This document shows, in pieces, positions 1-12,740 of a DNA stretch of 64,000 bases (its first letter is position 1; every line of letters starts with the position of its first letter). The position numbers and the translations under genes are program-made. The notes beneath the pieces were generated by a model. The model worked only from the letters and a program-made list of their open reading frames with translations. It was not told where the DNA came from and made no database searches. This DNA is from Octopus sinensis (taxonomy: Eukaryota): positions 3,471 to 67,470 of the forward strand of contig NW_021836311.1 of the NCBI RefSeq assembly GCF_006345805.1, read 5' to 3'.

Positions 1-88
1 ATTCATAAAGATAATCGTACGAAGGTTTGTACTTGTTCTTCAAAGCTGAGAATGAAGCAACAAAGCAGTTAGATGTTTTCCTCATGTA

Positions 89-404
89 GGCGCAAGCGTG
101 GCTTCCCAACCGCATAGTTCCGGGTTCAGTTCCACTGCGTGGCACTTGGGTAAGTGTCTTTTACTGTAGTACCGGGTCGAACAAAGCCTTGTGAGTGGAT
201 TTGGTACGTATGGGAGCAACAGTCTCCGAAGACTTATATTGTCGTTCGATGCTCGAAATGAGGAGTAGATAGACAGCCGACAACTGATGAAGGGTCGTTC
301 TTTGTGTTACTTGTCCTATTTTCCATTTGTTTCTGTCGCGTCCTGTGCCCATATATGCATATGTATATACATATATATATATATGTAAGTATGTACATAG
401 ATGT

Positions 405-452
<48 letters not shown>

Positions 453-498
453 ATATATATATATATATATATGTAAGTATGTACATATATGTATACAC

Positions 499-532
<34 letters not shown>

Positions 533-722
533 ATCACTGTTTGGCAACCGGTGTTGGTGTGTTCCCGTCCCTGTAACTTAGCAGTTTGGCAAAAGGGAAC
601 GTTGGAATTAGTACTGAGGCTTAAGAATTCAATCCCGGGGTCGATTTGTTCGGCTATAAACACTCCCAGGCGGTGCTCAAGCATGGCCGCAATCAAATGC
701 CTGAAACCAGCAAAAGAGTAAA
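89..722 (+). mobile_element. SINE family A (tRNA-like head, internal TA/TG microsatellite, conserved tail), interrupted by repeat X
   Basis: Head GGCGCAAGCGTGGCT...CCGGGTTCAGTTCCACTGCGTGGCAC...GGATTTGGTA (89-206) and tail ...GGGGTCGATTTGTTCGG...GCATGGCCGCAATCAAATG...AAAAGAG (about 535-722) match other copies at 20945-22432, 31065-31773, 32794-33208 and 59655-60035. Confidence 0.85.
207..351 (+). repeat. Interspersed repeat X (unclassified, possibly Penelope-like pseudo-LTR fragment)
   Basis: Shares GACA.CTGATGAAGGG...TTGTGT...TGTCCT...TGTCCTGT.C.CA with the element at 55031-55272; ends directly at a (TA)n run. Confidence 0.5.
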
Positions 723-1368
723 AAAAAATACGCTTTTCCCCAACAAAATCCTGCCACAATACATCGGACAGATATAACGCATAGATCCTTGGCATATCGT
801 CAACTTTGTGGCACATTGCACACAGGTGGTAGGCGCCGTGATGACACGGTGTAGAGTATGACGCGTTCAGAAATAGGTAATGAGAATTGTAGGCTTTAAT
901 AAACAGCATGACAATATAGGACTATCATTAACTTTCATATCTCACCCGCGACACACTTCATAGGTGTGTGTATGAACACTAAGTTAATATATACATCTCT
1001 GTACTTAAATAAATATACACACGTCTAATATATTGTGCATGTATGTGTTTGTAATTTCATTTTATCTAGTTTCAGTTCACGAGCTGTGGTCATGCTGGGG
1101 CACCGCCATTGAATATATTCTCTGTGAGTATATGTGGACATATACTGCACATAGTTACTATACACACATATGTATAGCAATATTAGTACGAGTATACCGT
1201 CATATGTTCATATACACGTTCTTTGAAAGAAATATATTCACGCACACACATACTTTCCGTTTACTACGAGCGTTTATTAACAGCTATATAAAGAAACATG
1301 ACCTCATTATATACACCTATACACAAAATAATGGCCAACAAAATAAGCAACACGTAACAACATAAGCA

Positions 1369-1411
<43 letters not shown>

Positions 1412-2148
1412 GTGTGTGTGGTGTGTGTGCGCGCGTGTGTGTAATGGGAGCGGATCAGACAGACACACATAAGCACACACGAAGACACATAGGTGTAATA
1501 GACAGGGCAAGCAGTCAACGTTTGTTCCTTGTTTTTCATTAGAAGAGACGCGAAATGTCCCTTTGGCAATATGTCCAGTTCTGCGTAACTAAATTAATTA
1601 CGTTTTAAATAAAGAGAACTGGAAAGTCAAGGCCTAAGTATCTGACTGTTTTGATTATTTTTTTTTCCCTGTGTCGCAGTTATATACATAGAAATATATA
1701 CCTATCTAACAATAAGTGAAGCAGACGTGTAACATTTACCCCTGTATTTTAAATATATTCTGTAAACTCCTGAGTATACAATAATTGAAATATATTTCAC
1801 TGCTTATTTTTATTATTCTTATTTTTAAAAATCTTTTTCCAGTATTTATTTATTGGTATTAATTTTCGGTCGTTGATTTTCCTAATTCTAGGTCCTTATA
1901 CATTTACATCTGCATATACGTACACATCCGTAGATAGAATACATACATGCATACATAGATGAGTGCAAATATACATAGTACATACAAATAGACACAGACA
2001 GACAGTATTGTGTGTGTGAATGTGTGTGTCTGCGTATCAGCACTTATACGTACTACATACAGGCACACCAAGCACAGAAGCTAACATACAAATATATGTG
2101 TAATATGTGTGTATGCTTACGTGCGTATAAGCCGAGTAAAGAGAAAGA

Positions 2149-2352
2149 GAGAAGAGAAGAAGAAGAAGAAGAAGAAGAAGAGAAGAAGAAGAAGAAGAAG
2201 AAGAAGAAGAAGAAGAGAAGAAGAAGAAAAAGAAGAAGAAAAAGAGTAGAAGAAGAAGAAGAAGAAAAAGAAGAGGAAGAAAAAGAAGTAGAAGAAGAAG
2301 GAGAAAAAGAAGAAGAAGAAAAAGAAGAAGATGAAGAAAAAGAGAAGAAGAG
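2149..2352 (+). repeat. (GAA)n compound microsatellite
   Basis: Direct reading; produces the poly-E/K/R ORF 2012-2374. Confidence 0.95.
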
Positions 2353-2834
2353 AGATTATATGAAATTAAAATAAGTTTTCGTTTTACGTACACATACAAT
2401 AAAACAAACCGTGGACCCATTTCCACATTAACACTAATACAGACACACATACGCCCGTACACACACTCACACACACGCTCACACACTCACATACACACAC
2501 ACACATCTGAATGAAAGGATACCTGTGAACGTGGGCATGGGTATATATGTGTAAGTATGCGTAAGTATGTGTGTGTGTCTTTGTGCGTTTGTGCCTATCC
2601 TGATACATCCATGGTGTTCTTTTTTTATTCTTTCTCGATCAGTCCCAAAGACTATAATTCAGAACCGACTGCAAATAAGGTTTCCTAGGAATATAAAGAA
2701 TCATTGATGAAATGGATTTTAATGGCTTCAGCATCAAAACTTCTCAATATATACCATTTGCTTGCCATTTTTTTCTCTTATGTTCGCTACGTAAACACCT
2801 AAAATATATGTACGCTCACACACAAACGTACCCT

Positions 2835-2836
<2 letters not shown>

Positions 2837-2877
<41 letters not shown>

Positions 2878-3129
2878 ATATATATATATATATAACACAT
2901 ATATATATATACACATACATATATATACACATACATATGTATATATACATATACATATATATGTATATATATATAATATACATACATATATAATATTCAT
3001 ATAGATGTATATATATATGTATATATATACATATATACTATATATATAATATATATATATACATATATATATATATACATACTATATCATATAACATATA
3101 TATACATATACATATATATACATATATAC

Positions 3130-3177
<48 letters not shown>

Positions 3178-3343
3178 ATATATATACATATATGTATATA
3201 TACATATACATATATATATATATACATATACATATATATATATATACACACAACAACACACACACACACACACACACAACACACATATATATGTATATAG
3301 GCGCGCACACGCACATATGTATGTATGTATATATATATTATAT

Positions 3344-3385
<42 letters not shown>
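2837..3385. repeat. Complex (TA)n/(TACA)n/(CA)n microsatellite block
   Basis: Direct reading. Confidence 0.95.
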
Positions 3386-3800
3386 GTATGTGTGTATGTG
3401 TATCTGTGTGTCAGTGTGTAACTCATATACCACAAATAAAATATCATTTCCTTCTTGCTCTCCGTTATTTTCCCTCGTATCATATTTTTTCTGTAACTGT
3501 TTATTTGTTAACTCTCTCCCATTTTCCATCGATGTGCATTTTATGTATTATTATTGCTGTAAGAGAGAATACTGACGATGCAGCTATAAATATAATTTCG
3601 ATTTCCGTTTAAGTCACTTCATTTCATTTACACATCACAACCAATCAATATTAAAGGCACCGTGTTGCAGACGTATCCTACCTACTCACTTCAAAAGATG
3701 GAGCAAATACGTTGGCGCTTGACCAGCAAGAAATATGAACAAATATCTGCCTCAAAATAACCGTACGGTCTTAAAAAATTGCAAGCACACATTTGGAGAA

Positions 3801-4060
3801 ATAAATAATTACATGCACCCTTTTCAAGTCTAGCCAGGCTCATGGGCCCAGTTTCCCGGTTTCAATGGCGTATGTGTTACCCAGATGGACGGGACGCCAG
3901 TCCATCGCAGCGTTGCTCATTTTTACCAGCTGAATGGACTGGAACAACGTGAAATGAAGTGTTTTGCTCAAGAACACAACGCGTCGCCCGGTCCAGGAAT
4001 CGAAACCACAATCTTACCATCACGATGCTGACACCCTAACCACTAAGCCGCACGCCTCCA
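3801..4060 (-). mobile_element. SINE family D (C-type tRNA head and core, different 3' tail) with 15-bp TSD
   Basis: Minus strand starts TGGAGGCGTGCGGCTTAGTGGTTAGGG (A box) ...GTTTCGATTCC (B box). Perfect direct repeat CACACATTTGGAGAA at 3786-3800 and 4061-4075. Confidence 0.9.
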
Positions 4061-4274
4061 CACACATTTGGAGAACGTTGCCTTAAACATACAAAGTGAC
4101 GTGAGGTTTCGGAAGGAACGGCTGTGATCAAAGGGCATCTTTGACATGGCTTACAACATTAAATAATATAACTTCCTTCACAGAAAAAAAGGACAACGAA
4201 TTCTGTGTATCCTTGATAAGGTGTTCTAACTAAAGATGATTTTTACCACCTCTTGAATACACGGTTAGGATTAC

Positions 4275-4324
4275 TCTACTCTGAAGAGACGTCGGTCGCA
4301 ACAACTGGCCATGTTGTGAGAAGA
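4275..4324 (+). ncRNA. Degenerate type I hammerhead ribozyme motif (probably inactive)
   Basis: CUGAAGA 4281-4287; stem II GAC/GUC; GCAA in place of GAAA (4298-4301); stem III ACAAC/GUUGU (5 bp); N17=G; stem I 5 of 6 pairs. Confidence 0.4.
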
Positions 4325-4535
4325 AAAGGATAAAGGAAAAAAAAAATAACGAGGGTTCTTTACTCGGAGATATCGTGTTTGTTAGTGCAAAATTCTATAT
4401 TTTTTCATTAGACTTTATTACTTCTTTAATTGAATAATATTATGATCAGGCTAGTATATCACATTGAAATATTTAATTGATCAAATCGACCCATTGTGTT
4501 TATTTTATAGAATTACATTGCTTCAATCTTATTCT

Positions 4536-4606
4536 AAGGTGTCAGGCAGTGGGACTGCACCCATAACCATGTGGTTGGTAAGCAAGCTACTAACCACACA
4601 GCCACG
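4536..4606 (-). mobile_element. SINE family A head fragment
   Basis: Reverse complement CGTGGCTGTGTGGTTAGTAGCTTGCTTACCAACCACATGG...CAGTCCCACTGC matches the family A head. Confidence 0.75.
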
Positions 4607-4724
4607 GGATGGGCTAGGATTGAAAAATACATCTCGATCAGGTTTGGTCTGAGACTTTTCAAAGAGCAACAGACAAATACAGCAACAACACCAACAACAA
4701 ACAGTAGCGTGACCTATCCCATCA

Positions 4725-4754
4725 CCACAACCACCATCACCACCACCACTACTA

Positions 4755-4831
<77 letters not shown>

Positions 4832-4840
4832 ACTACAGCT
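4725..4840. repeat. (ACC)n(ACT)n(GCT)n compound trinucleotide repeat
   Basis: Direct reading. Confidence 0.9.
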
Positions 4841-5212
4841 GCCGCTGTCATTTTAGCACTACCTCAACTGTTATAGCACTCAACAGTCCAAAGATCTCGT
4901 GGTCCTAAGTAAATTGTGTTGTGTTTACATTAAAGCAGTCCTTCTGTGTCTTTCATCAAAGCTTTTATGTCGAAGGTCCCTCGTACAATTTATTCAACTT
5001 AGGCCTTTGTGGCGGGCGGGTGAGACGGCGGAGGGGGTTGGATTATTTTTGTCATTGTTGCTTTATTTTTATGATCTGTTATTCTTGTTTTACTTTTTCG
5101 CTTTCCGTTTTGCTTTTTAGTTACTTTTTTTCCCATTTATTTTTTATTTTTGTCTTTTATTTTTGTTTTGTGGAAGTCCTTTCTATGAAAACAAAAGAGG
5201 AACGATATCCGA

Positions 5213-5243
<31 letters not shown>

Positions 5244-5732
5244 TAATGGTAGTAGTAATAATAATAATAATGACGATAATGAACAAAGAAAAGCGAAAAA
5301 GATCTCCAAAAAGCAGTCCTCACCACCCTCACGAACCCACTTTTGATCTTCAGTGTCAGGGAATGTGATGGAAAGGGGAGGAGGTCAAACAATAAGATGA
5401 AAAGAAAGGGCAAAGTGTGCGGATGCTGACATAAATGAACTCTTCTCAATGGATAGTTAATGAATAATAAAGAGAAATAAAGGAAAATAAACCAATGGAT
5501 TATATACGTACATATATATATATACGTACATATATATATATATATATATATGTAATTATGTATGTATGTGTGTATGTATGTATGTAAACACTCACATACG
5601 GTAACATGACCATGTCCATACACAAATGTACGCACACGCATAACCGTTCCAGTGTTTATATATATAACCAGGATGAAGATTATCACCGAGTTGAACGGGT
5701 GGCTTATAATAATGACGACAATCGTGAACACT

Positions 5733-5768
5733 ACTACTGCTACTACTACTACTACTACTACTACTACA

Positions 5769-5807
<39 letters not shown>

Positions 5808-5909
5808 GTTGCTAGTTTCTTTGCTGCAAACTCTTTCTGTTCGCAAATAAAGGAGTACTTTATACAGTAGCTATTAAACTAATACTTTCAGATCAGCATC
5901 AGAAGCGGT

Positions 5910-5963
<54 letters not shown>

Positions 5964-6112
5964 CGATGTGGTAAGAACAATGAGAGTGTCTGTAGTGAAG
6001 GGCATGGTAGTAGTTTCTGATTTATACTAAGCGTTAATATCTTTTGGGCATACTGATGAGATAAAGCACTGAGAAACTGCTGCAGCAACCGTGGTGGTGT
6101 TGGTGATGGTGA

Positions 6113-6152
<40 letters not shown>

Positions 6153-6516
6153 AGTTGTTGTGATGGCTAGAGTAACAGTAGTAGGGGCGGTGGTAGTAGT
6201 AGTCATGGTGATGGTCATCATCGTGGTTTTGTATTAGTAGTGATGGTGGTGTTAGTAGTAGTTGTAGTACTGGTGGTTTTAGCGGTGGTAGTAGTATTAG
6301 TACTGGAGTTAGAAGTAGTAATAGTAGTAGTGGCGGTGGTAAGAGTAGCAGTAGTGGCGATGGTAGTTGTAGTTGTGGTGGTTGTAGTAGTAGTAATATT
6401 AGTAGTAGTAGTGGCGGTGGTAGTAATAATGGTGGTGTTTGTGGTTGTGGTGGTGATGATGGTGGTTGCAGTAATGGTGGCGGTAGTAGTAGTAGTAGTC
6501 GTCGTCGTCATCGTCA

Positions 6517-6547
<31 letters not shown>

Positions 6548-6947
6548 TAACTTGCTCTTATTGATGCTTCAGTTTTGTGTTCTTTGTCTTTTTTCCTTTT
6601 TTTTTTTTTTTGCTTTTCTTTGTGTCGCTGCTTTTGTTATAATTTGCACCCCCGCTTTTGTGTGTGTGTGTGTTTTCCCTCTCTCTTTGTAATTTCTTTC
6701 ATTTTTTATTATTTTAATTGTACTTCTTTTTTTTCTGTTATGTTATGTCTCTTTTATCGTCGTCGTTATTTTGTTAAATTTAAATATGTATTAATCCTAA
6801 GAGCGAGTCTTTTGATAGGAAACATCGAGAGCGAAACAGCCAGGGAACGTTGTTCGGTGTAATAAACCGCCTTTTCCTTGTTTTATGTAATATTCAAATC
6901 CTGCTTTTGCTTTCATGGTTCATTAGTATGTGCATTCTGATAGTGTG

Positions 6948-6996
<49 letters not shown>

Positions 6997-7530
6997 AAAG
7001 CGAGAGAGAGAGAGAGAGAGAAACAGGGAGAGAGAGAAAAAATGAGGTGGAAGGAAAGAAAGAAAGAAGGACAGGGAGAAGAGAGAGAATGATGATATTA
7101 CGTGATTGATTCAGTGCAAACACAAATCACATGGAGTGATTGTTGCGTGGTGGTGGTAGTGGTGGTGGTGGTGCTGGTGGCGGTGGCGGTGGTGGTGGTG
7201 GTGGTAACCGTGGCGTTGGATTGGTTGTGGTGGTGGTGGTGGCGGTGGTGGTGATGGTGGTGCTGTTAGTGGTAGTTGTGCTGGTGGTGATGGTGGTGAC
7301 TGTGGCGTTGGATTGGTTGTGGTGGTGTTGTATGATTTAGTCGTGGTGGTGGTTGTGCTAGTAGTGTTGGTGGTAGTAGTAGTGGTGGTGGTGGTGGTGG
7401 TGTTGGCAGTGGTGGTGGTGGCGTTGGTGAGGACTGTATCAATGAAGACGGTGATAGGGATGGTGGCGTTGGAGTGGTTGTGGTGCTGGTTGTGGTGTGT
7501 CTGGTAGTGGCGTTGCTGGATGTGATATTA
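5733..7530. repeat. Cluster of simple repeats: (TAC)n(TAT)n, (GAT)n, degenerate (GTA/GTG)n, (GA)n, (GGT)n
   Basis: Direct reading; source of the poly-V/T/H ORFs in this interval. Confidence 0.9.
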
Positions 7531-7610
7531 GTTAATATTAGTATAATGGTGATGCTGATGTTACTAGCTATAGTTTTGCGAGGGATTGTAATGATGCTGA
7601 TGTCGGTGAA

Positions 7611-7771
7611 GATATCGGCGGGGGGAGCTAAAGAATGCGTAAACCACCCGTTTTCAGCGTAGCAAAAACCCCAACCCTAACCTTAATCCTAACCCCAAAC
7701 CCTAAAACGGCCCTAATCCTAACCCTAACCACAAACACCAAGTGTACGAATTCTTTACTTTCGCCGATATC
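7611..7771. mobile_element. MITE-like element with imperfect TIRs and an internal degenerate (CCCTAA)n tract
   Basis: GATATCGGCG (7611-7620) and CGCCGATATC (7762-7771) are inverted; inner arms TAAAGAATGCGTA versus TAAAGAATTCGTA (reverse complement) match 12 of 13; telomere-like hexamers at 7668-7730. Confidence 0.6.
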
Positions 7772-8883
7772 GGTTGTGTCAGTGAAGACGGTTGGTGGTG
7801 TCGCTGTTCTTTGTAGTAGCGGCGGTGGTGTTGGTTTATTGTTGCTTGCTGTGGTTGTGTTTGTAATCATAGTGGTGTAGGCGCCGGTTGAGCGCTGGTT
7901 GTGTTGTGTTGCGGTGAGGTTGGTAACAGTGCAGCTGTTGCTAGAGATGATGGGGTGTTGACTCTCGGAGCATTACTGAAGTCGGTGGTAGTGTTGGTAT
8001 TAATAGTGGCAGTATTGTTGCTGGCTGTGACTATGTTGATGATCATGATGTTGTTGATGTCGGTGGTGGCGCTGTTGTTGGAACCAATCGAGCGTTTAAA
8101 GATAATCTAAGGGTCATTACATCTTTGGTCTTAGTTATAGTTCAGATATCGTTGTTGTTCTTTGATATTGCTGTCGTTGTTTTTATTGTTTTGCCACAAG
8201 CCACCCTTGATCAGCCAGATCTATGATAAAAAGCATTCCAGACGAGCCGATCTCGTCTCTTTTTCTTTCTATCACTTTTTTCTTCTCCGAAAGACGACAC
8301 TATAAATATGGAAATGTACAAGTTATTTCTGGCACGTCGGCCACATTGCAAAAAGCCATTTCCTTGGCCGCCGTGCCCACGCATTCTCACAAGCACGGAC
8401 ACATACACAGCATGCATACACACACACACAGAGTATGTATGCGCACACACTCACACATACACAGAGATAATCTCACAAGGACACGTTGTTAACGTTCGTA
8501 AGGGCAACCAAAGTGATAATGATGATGATGATGATGACGACGACTACGATGATTATGGAAATGATTGTGTGTGTGTGTATGTGTGTGTGTAAGAGCATAT
8601 GTACGTATGTATCTATACGTTGTTTAGAAGAAAACAAAAGAGAAACTGCTCTATGCAAGACGCAAAATTTGGTTTTACCAGAAACGCGAAGTTTTACGAT
8701 TGCAGATACTATTGATCTATAATGAAAATTTATTTTAATCCAAAATGGCTCTGACACATCACTCTTTCATTGATTAACACAAGTCACGTTAATCCTTTGA
8801 AATGTGTGATAATTCACAACTGAATAGAACTTTGAGATGTTCAGAACACACCTTTCTTAAGAGAAAACAATTGTTCTTTACTT

Positions 8884-8925
<42 letters not shown>

Positions 8926-9450
8926 AAGAAAGAAAGAAAGAAACCTCTACAATACATTAAATGTTGCGTGTTAAATTTCTCACCGTTCTTTGTATTCTAT
9001 GACCCTCAAGAGGAGCAGCCTTTGTTGTATGGTGGTTTGGGTATCTCTATAACACTAAGATTTACGCCAGCGGAGCGCAAGCACCTCGCAGGGCCTGCAA
9101 GCTAGACAGGTCAAATAATAAATGCCAGACGAATATGGACCACCTCTTTCTAGAGGCCAAAATTGATTTGCCTTGGACCAAACATTCCTGCGTCGCATAA
9201 AAAAAGACAATGTTATAGAATCATCGATGAGAATTCGAAACCAACAGGATCTGGGTTAGGTAGAGACAGATCCGAGTCGTGAACAATGCTGGGAAAATAG
9301 TCGATGGCCAAATGTTCCTTAGGGAATGAAGAGATTAACTAAGTAAGCTTCATTTCTTGGAGGTTCAAACCGCTTGTAAGTCCAAATACACTGGGAAAGT
9401 TTGAAAGTCTGAAGCGTGTATTTCTTTATTTCAGTATCAAGCAATACGTT

Positions 9451-10076
9451 GTAGGTCTCCGTGTTGAGTCTGAGGTTGCGTGGGGAGATGAATGGAGGTA
9501 TAACTTCACCATTACTAGTGATCACTCCAAACACCATGATGTTGACTGGATGTTTGACTTTTATCACCCTCGGTACATGTTTTAGGGACATGGCAAGCCA
9601 ACGGTTTTTCTGAATGTTAACCATCTGATCGTGGCAGAAATTGTTCTCCTCTGAGAAAAGCCAAAGCATGTGCGGTTGGAGGGGATGATTAAGTTTGTTC
9701 AAAAGCTTTGTAGCGCAGCCATTGCTCTTGTCCTTGATGACTTGGGATAAAAATTTAGCCCTTTCTCATCTTCTATGAGGAATATTGCCTGTCTGGTAAT
9801 ATTGTCTGGCAATGGACCTGATTGGCTTGTAGGGATCGTTGTCAATCATGGCTTGGATCTCACTAACAAATTCAGGAGTTTTTTTCTTATCAGAACGACC
9901 AGAGTATATTTTCCGAGCTGCCGTATCTTCGCAATCACCATTAGACTCATCCAACTCTTTCCGAATCCTCTGCACTCTCCTCAGATTGAAACCCAAACAC
10001 TCTAGAATGTTCGTCTTGGAGCTTCCGTCACGAATGCCAAGCAGTAAAGCATGTCGTTTTAAAATTCTGGTGTCAT
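9451..10076 (-). pseudogene. Tc1/mariner superfamily transposase relic (DD37D/maT-like), frameshifted and 3'-truncated
   Basis: N-terminal part ...RHALLLGIRDGSSKTNILECLGFNLRRVQRIRKELDES...TPEFVSEIQAMIDNDP (HTH region) and catalytic start LWLFSEENNFCHDQMVN..NRWLA....VP...KHPVNIMVFGVITSNGEVIPPFI....RLNTETY. Similarity stops before the second and third catalytic Asp. Confidence 0.85.
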
Positions 10077-11646
10077 GGTGCTGTTTTTCTCAGAGACGGT
10101 GCCCTACTGACCCTACTATACTCTGTAGTCGACCAAATCAAAAACAAACAACGCGCATTCGCGAAATTAAAAATATGAAATGGCTACAATTTACCCATCG
10201 CAGTCTGTATATGTGTTTGTGTATGTATGTGTGTGTATGTATTTTGCGAGAGAGAGACAGACAGACAGACAGAAGATGTGTGTGTATGTGTGTGTCTACA
10301 CACGCACATCTTCATCTTCTCTTTCTTTGACTATCTCTCTTTCTCACTGTCTCTCTCCCTCTGTGTCCTTTCCCTATCTATCTATTTATCTTTTCTATTT
10401 CATTTTGCCGGCCTTATTTACCCATCCTTTATTAGATATGACATTATTATCACCACTTGATAAAGAGACATGCCACTTCATAAGTAGTCGCAGCTAAAGG
10501 GAGCAGTCTTCTCTTGGCCCCTTTAATCTATGGGATAGTGCTTTGATTCAAGGGAAAATAATAAATGAGAAACAGGATTTGCTGTGAAATGTATTTAAAA
10601 AAAACAAGAGCAAAACAAAAGCAAAGCTGTTATACGATACAACTTATTCGAAATATTTATTTTAATAATATTCTCCCTCAATCTCATTTTCTTATAATAT
10701 TCAAAGGCAGCTCTGAACCCACTCCCCGTTTTTGTCCTTATTATTTCTCACTATGGAAACCGAAAATTTAGGGAAAGGAAATTTTCTGATGTTATTTTCA
10801 GTGCTGGGAAACAAGTGACTCGAAATTCCCTCTTTACGGCGTCTGTACTAACTGATTCTAAGATTCTGTCTTGGGTAACTAAGGATACTGAAATGATTTC
10901 ATGATTTCCAACAAGCAAAATACGACCAAATTTGTCGATAGAATAATGACGATTAATTCAATCTCGGTATATAAAAGTATATTTAATTTATGTGTTTTTG
11001 GAATGTAATCAGACGTAAGTTAATGACATAAGAATGAGCTCAAATCCAGCCAAAGTTCATTTTCTCCTTCACACCACAGTGCTAGATAAAATATAGGATT
11101 CAAGTATAGTGCTCTATGCAATCGATTAAGCTTTTTCTTAATACCAACGGCATTGTATCTTTCTAATCAATTGTCTGTTATACTAGCAAATAAAAGGGCA
11201 AATATTTTGGAGAGAGGTTTATCAAACCTTATTGGTATTTGTCTCTCTTATCCATCCGTGATGAATAAAACAGCAAAAATTATCCCAAGCAAAATTTGGA
11301 CAAAGAATTATATACATGGTTGTATCTAAATGTTGCCAAGCAATTTATACGCAGTTCCAAGCACATCAGCTTATCCAGTGACATCTTACATATACTAATA
11401 TATTAATTTTATAGGCACAGTTATTGAAAACAAGTTCAATCGGCTGGCGATGAACGCTAGATTTAGTAGAGTGCCTCTTACATAATTCTAGTAAATTCCG
11501 CCCGACATAACCTTCAATTATATTTTCATTCACTTCTTGGATATGCTATTTAGAATATAAATACAACTTTAGCATTTGTACTTTTTTATTGTTTTTGCTT
11601 GTTTCGGACCCTTAACGTTTGATGGAAATGACAGCATAAATGACAA

Positions 11647-11785
11647 CAGTACAGGAGTAGTAATTTATCAACACGAAAGACAAAGTTGATATCGTTGCTA
11701 TTTGAACACAGAGTGGAAAGATCCCGAACAAACACAGCAAGGCATTATATCGGATGTTCATACGATTTGGCCAATTTGCCATCTT
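11647..11785 (-). mobile_element. Highly degenerate SINE family B
   Basis: TAATTTATCAAC.CGAAAG.CAAAGTTGA..TCG...ATTTGAAC.CAGA pattern matches the reverse of family B. Confidence 0.4.
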
Positions 11786-12609
11786 AAATATTTGTGTCCC
11801 AGGTAATTCTCCCGACGCTCTAAACTATGGAACATTTGGTAATGAAGACCTTGAGACACAGTTCTTAAAAATTTATATTTGGATATTTTAACACCTTACA
11901 GACGTAGGGGAAACATTCAAGGCCTTTTTTTATCAGGGCATACGATAATGACGGAAGAAAACAGGGGTAAGTTATCCCCAAAACTGGAGGCCTGACACGA
12001 ATGTTAGCAAAAGTGTGGAACCTGCAAAAAGCAGCTAAAGGACACGTAGTAGTTTAAAGCCGGAAACTGATTTAGATCAACTACAGATTGTATGGCCTTG
12101 TGTCTAAGCTGGAAATGCATTGTAATTAGGTTAGTCACTAAAGGAAAGAGTAAGATGTCTTGCAGAAATCATACGTGACGAGTAAATACATTCCTTGCAC
12201 CATGAAATCAAATCCCACCTGTTTTGAATTGACTCTTGACTTGCCATTTGTGTGTGAGGAGGGCGGAATGAAATCAACACTAGATGCTATTATATTGGTT
12301 ATTGTTAAATTTCAGAGCGAAGTCATCCCTGATCGAGCAGACCAATGAACGAAAGGAGTCCTAACCCGACTTGTAAAGATGTACAAAGAAACCAGATCAC
12401 ATTTCCAAAAAGTATTTTTTCTTGTTGTTTTTTTTGATTTTTTTAAATGTTAAGATGGTAGAATTATGATTTGAACTGTAAATACTTCTTTTAGAGGAGA
12501 GAATAAGCATGAAGAATGTTCATTTTGGCATAGTTAGTAGCAGTCAAGTATTGAGGTCTGATGTAGTTTCGACTAACATGATTATGTATGTATGTACGTA
12601 TGTATCCAT

Positions 12610-12611
12610 CC

Positions 12612-12688
<77 letters not shown>

Positions 12689-12706
12689 CCTATCTACCTA
12701 CCTATC

Positions 12707-12737
<31 letters not shown>
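12610..12737. repeat. (TATC)n then (TA)n microsatellite
   Basis: Direct reading. Confidence 0.95.

Positions 12738-12738
<1 letters not shown>

Positions 12739-12740
<2 letters not shown>

Larger units (their letters stand above)
3665..4330 (+). pseudogene. Decayed Penelope-like element 3' region: GIY-YIG endonuclease-like relic followed by a hammerhead relic; split by a SINE
   Basis: 3670-3719 reads DVSYLLTSKDG-(frameshift)-KYVGA, resembling the GVxY..C..CG..YVGxT motif. After removing the SINE, TFGERCLKH is read across the TSD. A hammerhead-shaped fold lies downstream on the same strand at 4275-4324. Confidence 0.45.

Noticed and set aside
6045-6085. CTGATGAG...GAAAC as a hammerhead (also 44322 and 59441)
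   Set aside because: No stem II closing onto GAAA and no stem I/III pairing.
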